Source: Haliotis rubra (taxonomy: Eukaryota). Taken from it: a stretch of DNA of 64,000 nt. Below are positions 35,201 through 46,500 of the stretch, piece by piece. A model generated the notes under the pieces. The model was given only the letters and a program-made list of their open reading frames with translations, did no database searches and was not told where the DNA came from. The translations under genes were made by a program, and so were the position numbers. Location: assembly GCF_003918875.1 (NCBI RefSeq), contig NW_025765903.1:186001-250000 (forward strand), in the 5' to 3' direction. The first letter of the stretch is position 1. Each line of letters begins with the position of its first letter.

Positions 35201-38200
35201 CGCTCACCCTGCTGATGACTGCCAGGACGTAGTACAGTTTGTCCAGAGCCTCTTGATTGCGTCCGAGGAAACTTGGCAGCTCAGCATGCAACAACCTCAT
35301 TCCGAACGGCACCATGGAGCCTTGAACACAGACAGCAAGGGCATGAACACATATCTTTGGACAGCACTGATTACCTCACCTGTCAGGTATTTGTGAAGAG
35401 ATGAGGGGGTGGGACAGTATCCATCATCTCTCGCGTCCGATATTCGGGGTATTGATAAGAGAGAGGGATAGTTCCAATCACCTCTCCTGAGGTATTTATG
35501 AGGATAAACTATACTGAGCTTCATCACAGTGTTTACCTGTGAAGGTCCGGGTTAGAATTGGGCTTCAGCAACCCATGCTTGTCGTAAGCGACGACTAATG
35601 GGATCGGGTGGTCAGGCTCGCTGACTTGGTTGACACATGTCATCGAATCGAAATTGGCGTAGACTGATGCTCATGATGTTGATCACTGGATTGTCTGGTC
35701 CAGACTCTATTTACAGACCGCCGTTATAAAGCTGGAATATTGCTGAGTGTTGTGTAAAACAACAAACCATCCAACCAATCATTACAGTGTTTACCTCTTC
35801 TGCCTGGGTACAGATGAGGGTAGAACTCATAGTACAGGTCGGGTGTGTCAAGGGTTTGGAAGCCACGCAGCTCTGTATCAGCAACATCGTAGAGACGTAG
35901 ACGAAGCAGCAGCGACAGACGGCAGAACCACAGCTATACAGAAAGAAAGTACAGTGAAATGTTTTATGAGAAATCTGTCTTTGCACCTAGGATGCAGAAT
36001 ATATGATGAAGTAAGTGAAAAAATCAACTGTACCTTAATGAATATGTTCCAGATGTAACTTACCTCCTAGCAAGCCTTTACATATACTGACAATCACATT
36101 TAACATCTTCTTGATCACTATGACAAGTTACTGACTAAGCAATTCATCTCAAGTGATGGCCATGACAACTGGCAGGAAAGATCTTGCACTTCATACAGCA
36201 TTCAAAAATGTCCAGTGACTGAACAATTTCCTGAGCACAGCTATTGAAGGAAGCCATGATGCAGCCACAACATAATATTGAAAAGATGATTCATGTGGCA
36301 GATCTGTTAGCCATCAATGTAGGCTTGGTAGACTCAAGTAGGGATGAAAGATGGCTGTCAAGAAGCTCCCTGTACCTGCAGAGTGTATTTGGACTGTTGT
36401 GTTGGCTCCCCACCAGTTGCCTCCCCTTGTCCAGCATCAGCCAACATCTTCCCTGTCAGATCAACAGCTGCCCTCAAGCATCCTGCAGACTAAACACACA
36501 ATACACCTCATAACAATGATTGAGTAATAACATTATAATAATTTGACATATGTGTTTCTCATCACAGATTGGTCAGTAGAAGTGATCACACACAGGGGTG
36601 TGCACCCACCCACCCAACCTTTGTCCTGAAAGTTTATTAAATGACCATTCAAATGCTCGCGAAAATGAAGTGAACATGTCCCTTGTTTTTTATTAATGCC
36701 CCTGATTTCTTAACATAAGGGGCCAAATGTCTCCAATCATCCTATTCCTAGATCCACCACTGATTATTTCCCAAACAGCAAAGTGAGTGAGTGAGTTTAG
36801 TTTTACGCCGCACTCAGCAATATTACAGCTTTATGGAGGAGGTCTGTAAATAACAGAGTCTGGACTAGACAATCTAGTGATCAACAGCATGAGCATCGAT
36901 CTGCGCAATTGGGAACCGATGACATGTGTCAACCAAGTCAGCGAGCCTGACCACCCAATTCCGTTAGCTGCCTCTTACGACAAGCATGGGTTACCGAAGA
37001 TCAATATTCTAACCCGGATCTTCACGGGTACCAAACTGCAAAGGATGTCATAGGTGAAATGACTCCACGTCCTGATATACTTACCAGGGTTTTACCCAAC
37101 ATGCAAATGTGCATCCAGTACTCACAAATGTAGAGAATGGATGCAGAAAAACTTCACTGTGTCCAGAAGGACGCAAAACATAAATCAATGTACCCACAAC
37201 ACATCTATGACTTTACTAAATGTTTGGTTGTTTCTTTCAGAGAAGCTACGCGCGTCATTTCAACCATCTGTCCACATGATCAATGATTTATTCCAAGCTC
37301 TAAAGAAATTATCAAAACATACAGTTCTCTACATCGTTACTTCACAGGACCCTCATATTGCCTGCAAGGACCTCTAAAACTAATAATTAGGGGTCCCCGA
37401 GACCCCCATGTTTGTGAGTTGAGGTTAAACCCTGCTTACAATGAGCTGTTCCAAGCCAGCAAAGTCCTGTGACACAGCATGTGATGTCAGCACTTTCCTC
37501 TTGACAGACTCCTGCTCTCCCATGTAGCGATACACAAGGTCAACGCACTGGATCCCCCTGCGGATTCAATACACGGAAATCACTATAGGCAGACATATAC
37601 TTAAAGAAATGAACCAATACAGATGAGTTTGTCCTATACTGATCATTATCACGCCAATAGGCAATGCTGTCTACCAGTCCCACAACAAGAGAAAATTCTA
37701 AATCTATTTCCTACATAATCATAAAAAAGATACACTTGTATACAACAAACTCTCTACTGTAAATTAATGCATACTACAAACTGATATTTGATCCCTGACG
37801 AGTTCTGGTACCACTAATTAGTGACATACATTATGATGCAGAGCGAACTGAGAAATAAGGTTGCCATCCATGGTATCACTACACAACTGACTTCAATAAC
37901 ATATGTACAATCGGGCGGTGGGGTAGTCTAGTGGTTAAAGCATTGGCTCGTCACGCCGAAGACCCGGGTTCGAATCCCCACATGGGTACAATGAGTGAAG
38001 CCCATTTCTGGTGTCCCCCGCCGTGATATTGCTGGAATATTGCTAAAAGCGGGCGTAAAACCTCAGTCAGTCAGACATGTACAATCATAACTGACTTTTA
38101 TCAAACCAAGTGAGTGAGTGAGTATGGTTTTATGACGCCTTTAGCAGGTCATCAGCGTGAGAAACAGAAGCTTTAACCATTAGGCTACCCCACCGCCCCT

Positions 38201-39532
38201 TATGAAACAAAGATGTTGAAGTGATGGTCATACCTGTGGCTCACTGCTCATCACTCTGGGACAACTGAGTTGTTCAGCTGGTGGAATGTAGCTTCCAGGA
38301 GCACTGGTTGCCATGGTCACCAGAATATGTCTTGTGGCATCTGAAGGTAGCCATGCATCATATCTGCGATCAGCATCACTGGTGGAGAGGCTGGATGTGA
38401 AGGGGTCATCAGCCCCATCTGTGAATGAAGAGAAGGCCGGAGGGGTTGTAGTGGTGGAGCCGTCAAACTGCCGGAAGGGGCTCGGAGGAGCTGAAGGAAC
38501 AGACGTCTGACGGTCAAGACCAGGAGGCTGGGAGTAGGAGTAGGCCCCTGGGGACTGCTGTAGAGGAGGGGCACTTGTGGCAGTCTGGTGAACTGGGGTT
38601 GACAGGGGAGATAACTGGGTGGGTGTTGTTCCAACACTTGGTGTCTGATGAGCCTGTTGGTATCCTGGAAACAGCATCGACTGCTCAGTTGTTTTCAGTG
38701 CTGACTCTTGATTTGAGGTCTTTATCATCTCACCGCCATCGCCACATGGACCAAGAGTTTCCTCCCCTTGGGCTGTGAAGGATTCAAATCCACTTTTACT
38801 GAGCAGATCCTCACTACTACCTTGCAGTTCCCTAGGAGTCAACAGTGTCTCCCCTTCAAATGGAATGCTCTCTGGCTCCCTGTGAATGGGTTGGGTGTCA
38901 GACTCTGCTATTTCCTGAACCAGGTCCACCTCAGGATCTTCCAGCTGTGAAACCTGCAAATCTGACTGCACCATCTCGCTTCCTTGATCCCCTCCTGTCA
39001 AGCTGTCAAACTGACTCTCAGTGAGAGCTTGCAAGCCAGAGGTGTCAGCTTGGATAATGTCTGACTGAGGCACAGTCTGAAGCCCAGGACTTTCTGGTGG
39101 ACCTGAGATAGAGTCAAAGAAGTCAGTGGCATCATTACCACCAACAGGGCTTTCAAAGTAGCTGCTGAGACTAGGTTGTGGTAGGTTTGAAGTCTCCTGA
39201 TTCCCAACATCAACCTGGGAGAAGGCTTCAGTGACATCTGTTATCTGCTGTTCATTACTCAGTGTTTCACTTGTGGGAGATGTATCATTGGATGCATTGA
39301 ATGTGATTGGCTCTTGTTGGTCACTCCCTGCATCGTTTATGCCATCAGTCTTTTCTTCACCATCATCCTCATCAGTAGGAGATGGCTCCAAAGCCACGGA
39401 GTCCAGGGTATCTGTTGTTGGGGAGTTGACAAGTGTAGCGACGCGACTCGGAACACCCAGAGCCTCTACTGGGAGTGCTCTATCAAGATCATCCTCAAGG
39501 ATGTCAGTCATGTCAGGGGACTGATCATCCAT
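29248..39532 (-). CDS. TRAPPC12: Trafficking protein particle complex subunit 12 (TTC15), about 818 aa, 11 coding exons
   Basis: Exons (minus) 39532-38234, 37557-37440 (one extra base), 36489-36376, 35933-35795, 35320-35208, 33640-33568, 32473-32400, 31897-31799, 30521-30424, 30039-29952, 29490-29248. Diagnostic peptides: [76 protein letters not shown]...[13 protein letters not shown]. Non-coding first exon with donor cag|gtaac after 40238. Confidence 0.93.
33634..34800. repeat. 50-bp minisatellite (about 23 units) in a TRAPPC12 intron
   Basis: Unit ACAGCATCTAGCAACACAGAACACACTGTATATCCCACATGTCACGATAT. Confidence 0.97.
35539..35783 (+). mobile_element. Family A element inserted at a TRAPPC12 splice donor
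   Basis: 13-bp TSD ACAGTGTTTACCT at 35526-35538 and 35784-35796. Confidence 0.88.
36783..37029 (-). mobile_element. Full-length family A element
   Basis: TSD CCAAAC(A/T)GCAAAG at 36771-36783 and 37031-37043. Confidence 0.88.
38234..39532 (-). CDS. TRAPPC12: TRAPPC12 large first coding exon (acidic, Ser/Pro-rich N-terminal region)
   Basis: ORF 38228-39745 of the track. True start MDDQSPD follows the acceptor ctgcag (exon starts 39543); the exon ends CCACAG|gtatga. Confidence 0.9.
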
Positions 39533-40237
39533 TGCTGAATTTTCTGCAGGTAAATAATGTGTTTGAGAGACTAAGAATACAAGCAATAGAAAACTGACAT
39601 TTCGGTTATTCCTAAAGTTTAGATTTACAGTAATACACAGTTTTGGACTGTCACAATTCAATTTCTGCACACATCGAAACATCTTGAATAAACATATATT
39701 ACAACATATACATAGTACAAGATTAACAGTCAGACACTGGAACATTATAAGAACACTGAATCATAATCATTCAAGATGTGCTCAACATACTTTTCAAGAT
39801 TGATAAAATATGAAAGGATGCCATATCAACTCATGAAAATGTCCTAATGCTATTTTTTAAAGCAATTTCATGGTTGTATCCTGTCCTATTATTTACAGGT
39901 TATATTATCTGTCGGTGTTTATATTGTTATTGCATATATACAACATCCCTGACCAACTCATTATGAAACATAAATTATTTAAGAAACTGTCCTATATGCC
40001 CCTCCCCCGTTAAACTTAACTGGGGATTTTCAGGAATCTGACAGCCACGAGACGATAGATATGTGTAGGGGTGTACCTCATTATCGTTCGATTCTTAACA
40101 GTGTACCGTATTTCTCTGAATCGTCTGATTGCAACACAACAGACGTAAGGTGCTACTTATTTTGCATCGTGGTATATTTTTACTGAAACAAATTCACGCG
40201 TAACAGATAAGTAACGGAGATATAACAGATATGTTAC

Positions 40238-40590
40238 CTGTCACTGGTGAGCACTTGACGAAGGTTAAACTGGGTTATGAACCACTGATATATAAACAGT
40301 TAACTATATAATTGCGTCTGCGTAAAATACAGATGTGCCAGTTTAGCGGTGGTGTCGTTCATATTGCCGGTAACAGGTCGCACTTCCATCGTCTGCAACC
40401 AAAACGACTTTCATAGATGTGCGTTATTTTGTTTTATAGTGGATAACAGAGAACATTTTCCAATTAACACACTTTCTGTTGCCATTAAAAATTGTTGACA
40501 GTTAATATTCAGCATATTTCTGAAAACTATTATTTACGACAATGTGAAATAGGCTCATTGATGCTGTCTGCTTCAAATCTTGATCATTAT
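40238..40590. promoter_or_regulatory. Bidirectional promoter / 5' UTR region shared by TRAPPC12 and EIPR1
   Basis: Only about 350 bp separate the TRAPPC12 exon-1 donor (40238) from the EIPR1 ATG (40589). Locally CpG-enriched, with CACTTCC (ETS-like) at 40381 and repeated GTCTGC motifs. Confidence 0.65.
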
Positions 40591-43500
40591 GGACGAGGAA
40601 GCGCCGGTCATCTACGGGCTTGAATTTCAGGTGGGACAACAATATGTTGATGGGATTGACAGTGTCATGACTAACTCTTTTAAGCTTGATAGTAGTTACT
40701 TTATCACTGAAAAGCCAAATTGTCTGTATTTGGAAAGGCTTTACAGATAACATGGATCTGTATCTGTTGCTGAATGTGTGGCTTTCACTAGAAAATGGTA
40801 AACATTCACCAGGTTTCAACATGCCTCATCTATTAGTTCATAAATACCATACGCAAACTCTCCTATTCCTCTACAAACACACTGGTTTCAATCGAACAGC
40901 TAAGGCGCTTTCGATATTAGTGGGAATGGTGAGTGCAGGCAATGAATCTTTGGCAACAATTCAGCTTACCCCCAACTCTCCCCTTAGCATTGGATCTCCT
41001 TTCTGATCATGCTCCCTTTCACATTCTTAAGAATTGGGCATCATTAGTCAGTCAATCACTCATTTTCAGTTCTTTGCTGGGTAGCATATTGGCTGGCTGT
41101 CTTATTTGAGGAAAATCCATAAATTTTAAATTGCTGTATCTAGAGAAAATGGCAACTGCACAATCTGTAAACAATCAGGCCCTGATTATTTGTCAAAGAA
41201 CAGATAGTTCCCTGTTTAAGTGTGGGATTAAAATGATAATAATTCATTAAACCAAATTTAACTTTAAGCTCACAACATGATTTTCCATGTGGCACTAACA
41301 TTGAAATCTTTAGAAATGTGGCAGGTAGTGAACTACTTCGAAATGTTTCTAAATATGGAAATTAGTTGAATAGCATAGAATTAGATGAGTCTGTTTCCAT
41401 CTAACATCTATAATAAGGAGCCTATGCAAACCTTTGATGAGAATAAAACTTATGATTCATTATGTAAAATATAGACACAGCGACTTGGGGATAATTGGTT
41501 GTAAGCTTATGACAGACAGACAGAAGTTTATTCAGTATTTCAGGCCATATGACCTATAGTACAGTTGTGTTATGTTTTTACATTGCAGTCACGTGGAAAT
41601 ATAAATATACATACATATATTACCGTCTAATTTCAAAAACGTTTTTAGGAATATTGAAACAGATATTATTATAATTTATATTCCTTGAGTTTTACAGGTT
41701 TTTCATTTGTTGTTCATCTTTGTACACAGTTGAGATCATAGGGAGGTATCTGCTTCTAAGAGGTGAGGTGAGGTGAAATTGGGTTTAACGTCGTGCTTGA
41801 GAATATTTCGCTCATATGACGACGTGCATGCGTGTGTATGTATGTGCGGCTGCTTGTACTAGCCCAGACTGAAGCTGGTTTTATAGTGCTAACCCACTGA
41901 GATACCATGCCGCAGTGAAAAATGAATACCCCACTCAGACACATTATACTGACTCCGAGTCAACCAGTCCTTGTTGTACCCATTAATGCTGAGCGCTGGG
42001 CAGGGACCAACAAGTACCATATTTTTACGTCTTTTGGTTTGACGCGGTCGGGGATTGAACCCGCGACCTTCCGCTCTCCGGGCGGACACTCTAACCACTA
42101 CACCACGGAGGCGGTCCTGCTTCTAAGAAACTGGTAATATTTACAAATGATAAGAACATGAAACTCATCCTCAACATAGCCTTCATTACAAAAATGACAT
42201 AAACTATTATTTTTATCATGTATATTTTTCTTTCTAAACATTTTAACATTAACATTGTGTAGTGATATTCGTCATTTACAGAAAGCTCTTCTTAAAGTTC
42301 TATCCTGTATTTCGGATACATATTTTTCAGGAACAAGTAATGTTTTGATATTTGCATAGTGACACAGAAATCTTGAGGATGATATTTGGCAGTGCCAGTT
42401 TTGTGAAAATATGTCAAGCTTATTGGAAATAGTGTCAATAGTTTATTGAGATGTGAGGCATTGCATTGATGTGCATCACTTAAAAGTAGCTCCTTCTAGA
42501 TGATCTCATCTGCATGTTTATTAGATCACGATACCAAATTGATCAGATTGCTTTGTATATCAATCAGAATTCAATGGAGATATCATTGATCGAACAGAGA
42601 TACCAAACCACAAATCATTCTTGGTTGAGATCTGCTTCTCTGCTGAAGTGTATTTTGTGAGAGAGCTCTTCTGTCTCAGTCCCCATAATTAGGCAGTTTT
42701 GTATACTGGTAACTGTAAATGCAGGTTCAGCAAGAAAGAATTCATCTTTCCATCGCCATTTGTTAAAGAATGAAAGCAAGTTTGAAATTAATAGAATACC
42801 ATTTTTGAACTGAGTTAACGTGTGCTTCTTATGTGTCTTTCATTGACTGCTAAGCATCCAGCTTTTTGCAGGGTGGAAGTCTATTAAACGATTTGTTTTC
42901 CAGCTCAGAAATGACTTTCCCTCATAGGCAGGGAATAAGTACATAACATGATCATGTTAAGCCATCAGATGACAAAATTCTAATATGGAGTAAAGTTAAT
43001 GCAGTTTCTTCTCCTTCAGGCTCGGGCACTTACTGCACAGACAGCAGAGACAGACAGTATACGTTTCCTGGTGGGCACACAGTCACTGAGAGCTGAAAAC
43101 CAGGTAGGTAATTCTTTAGAGTCACATTAATTATTTGCTTTGTTTAAACAGTAGGGCTGTAATACTCAACTATGTCAGTTTCAACAAGCCAAGTTTTGAT
43201 ATACATTTCATTCATCTTTTGCAGTATTTTGAATATTTCCATTGACAAATGCAAATTAATATATGGAAGCTCAGTTGACCAAAGTGGTCAGCAATTTGTT
43301 GTGCAGGAGTTGCTTCCCTTTCTTGTTCCAAGAGTTGCTGATGGTCGGTTCAAATCCCAGATCACCCAACGTAGGAATTAGTTATTACAAACCTTAGCAT
43401 GACAGAATGACTCCATCATACAAAAGCTAAAAGGGTTCTCCATGATATACTAGTAAACTGAAATTATTTTCAAAGTGTTGTAAAACCAAACTTACATACT

Positions 43501-46500
43501 TATTACAGTTATTTGTACCTGACTCTCAGAATTTCTGCAGGTGTCCATGGATATATTTTCATTGAAAAGGGCTGAGACATTCACCATATTGAGCACAAAA
43601 CAATTTTCTTTGGTGTTTATGGCATTTCTGAACAAATATCAAGGTGTCCCTATTTTACCTTATATTTCTAATGGAGTGATGATACATCTGTACGTTATTG
43701 TAGTGAGTGAGTGAGTGAGTTGGGTTTTACGCCGCTTTTAGCAATATTCCAGCAATATCACGGCGGGGGACACCATAAATGGGCTTCACACATTGTGCCC
43801 ATGTGGGGATTCGAACCCGGGTCATCAGCGTGACAAGCCGACGCTTTAACCATTAGGCTACCCCACCGTAGTTTGACAGGAGGTGCATGAATCTATGTGT
43901 TCGACACTAACACAGATCCATAATTTATTATGGTCCAGTGGTCTGTAATTTAGCTTTTTTGATACAACCAGAGACCATATTTATATGACACAACCTTATG
44001 AAATGTAGTTACCTCTGCTTCTCAGCTACTGGTTTCTCATTCTAATTTAATTATCTACTCTGTCATGTATGTATACACATTTCTGTGTGAGTTATTGTTG
44101 ATATGACTCACTGATCTGTTGCACACAGTATCTGGGAACAGCTGACAAATTGTGCTGATGCAAACAAATAAACCTCTGAAGTTAACCAGCATTATCTTGT
44201 CTTTTACAACTGTAATTTGGAACATACTGAGCTTGCAAATTAGGATAATGTAATATCATTTAAAACTCAGTTTGGGCAGCACCACTACAATGAGCCAGCA
44301 TCACTAGTATATTTTCTGTGATGGTCCTTTGGATCAGTGACAAGGTTGGGTCCGTTTCAAAAATGGATGATATAATGCGGACATTTACAACCTCTTTGAG
44401 TGGCATTGTAGAAGTTTGAAGTACAATACTAGAAAACAAATTTATAGATTAACGTCTTATATTTTGTGAGTGTGACATTTTGATTCTGATTCTTGTACCA
44501 ACACGTCAAACTCACAAAATAACAAGTTGAAATCCATAAATTTGTCAGTATTTGATTGGTGTAAAAACATTTGAACAAAATAACAGAAACTGTCTGCAAC
44601 CTTCCTGCACAAGTTCTCCAGTATTATTGTTTGGCTATGAAAAGGATAACATTAACAGTTCCCAAAAGCCTATATGTTCTTCCCTTTAAAATCCCATGTT
44701 TTAATTTATGAAATTTTAGGACAAATGGTTGCGGGTTATGATTTAAGAGGAAGAATATCGGGTTATGAGTTTCAAATGCTGTATCAGGATAAAAATTCAT
44801 ATTGCACCTTAAGTATGAGGTGGTGTGAGGTCTTGTGCATAGAGCTCTGGGCCCCGTTCCTCAAAGCGATCGTAGCTACAATCAGTTGTAAGCCCTATGA
44901 TCAACTTTACAATTATTGTAAATAAGAATTTATTGTCGTTCCTCAAAGCGTAAGTATTGCGATAGTATATCTTTCGATCGTAAATTACAATCGTGATCTT
45001 CTGCGTGAAAGATAGAAATAATGCGTTTACATTACTTCTGGTTGCTGAGAGTTGCCTCCCCTTTTAAGCAGACAAAAAATAACCCACCCTTAGCAAGATA
45101 TCACAAAGTAATTAAAATCTTGCTTTCTACGGATAGTGCATGTAAACGCTGGGTGTCTGAGGACAACCCAGGTTCTAGCATGCTTACCAGTTTCAGAATG
45201 GAGCCCTCGTCATTCTGTACCTCGAAAATATTTCAGCATCATTGTAAACATCAAGAACACGACTACGGTCTCGAAATATCCTCTCAAGGCTAAATTTCTG
45301 TCTCGCAGAGCGATGATCACGGAGTGTCTTTGGATAGGTGACTGTGTTAGTCAGCTTGATTCCTGACAGTTTCTATGACTTCAGTTCTGCCCCACAACAA
45401 AGCACATGTGATACATGTGGTCTCACTTTAGGCAAGTGCTTTAGGCAAGTGCAACCGCCTCTGTTCACCCTGCAGAAAATGGGTACCCGGTGGGATAAGT
45501 CATGTGACTATTAACCTTCTAGCGCCTCACAGGCAGCTTGGGTTATCTGAGCACTGTATGGTAGAAACTAGGCCCTATACAAATCCATTATTATTATAAC
45601 TATTATTGATGATACATATCATTACACATCTGTTTAATTCATATTGAATTATCAATTGTCTGGTCCAGACTTGATTATTTAAAGACTGCCATCACACAGA
45701 TGGAAATTTACTAGAGTGCAGCATTAAACAACAAATATATAGAAACATATTGAATTATGAATATATTAACTGTATGAGTGTTCCACATGATACTGTCACA
45801 TTTGTGTTCTCTGTTCAACAGATTCACCATATTGACTTTGATGATGAAAACAATCTCATAAACAAAAATGTCTATGTCCATCGTGAAGGAGAAATTTGGT
45901 CTATGAGTGCATCAACTTTTGACAAGACTCTACTGTCGACATGTTACAATAACAGTGAGTCAGTATTTTTATATCAAGAAATTAAAGACATCATGGCTTT
46001 TGATTTATTGGTGTCTCAGTTCAAGTTAGAGCTTTATTTTGTCACACTGTCAAGGTATCTTCCATTGTCTTCATATGTTTAGCTGCAAATGTTTGTTTGA
46101 ATAATGGCAAAAACTGTGCTCGGTACTGTTACTGGACTTCAAAGTTTCTTTAAATATTTACCAAATATATTTTAAGTTTTCAATTCTAAATATCCTGGTT
46201 ATAGTTCTCTTATGAGATAACCTGTGTATCTAAGTAACCTATATACTTGCATAACTTATGAATTCTGTGATCTCCCTGTCAGCTGCAGATGCCAAGTCTG
46301 AGCTGCGAGCTGCTGTATGGCAGCTCCCAGAGAGCTTCAACTCAAGCAATGTGGTTGATGACCAGTCCAACTCCCATGAATCACTGCAGCTTGTGTGTCA
46401 CCTGGATACCAGCCAGTTCGGGGATATCAAGGGGTGAGAAGCTTCTTTTTTACAGGGATGCATTCAAAAGGTTAGCTGACGCGACTTTCTGCTAGGGTTT

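Noticed and set aside
37540-37545. In-frame TGA in TRAPPC12 as possible selenocysteine or readthrough
   Set aside because: Homology resumes in a different frame after the site, so it is a 1-nt indel, not stop-codon recoding.
37913-37985. tRNA gene-like sequence (also other family B and C heads)
   Set aside because: These are SINE heads: each is followed by the SINE body and tail, often with TSDs, and lacks an intact acceptor stem.
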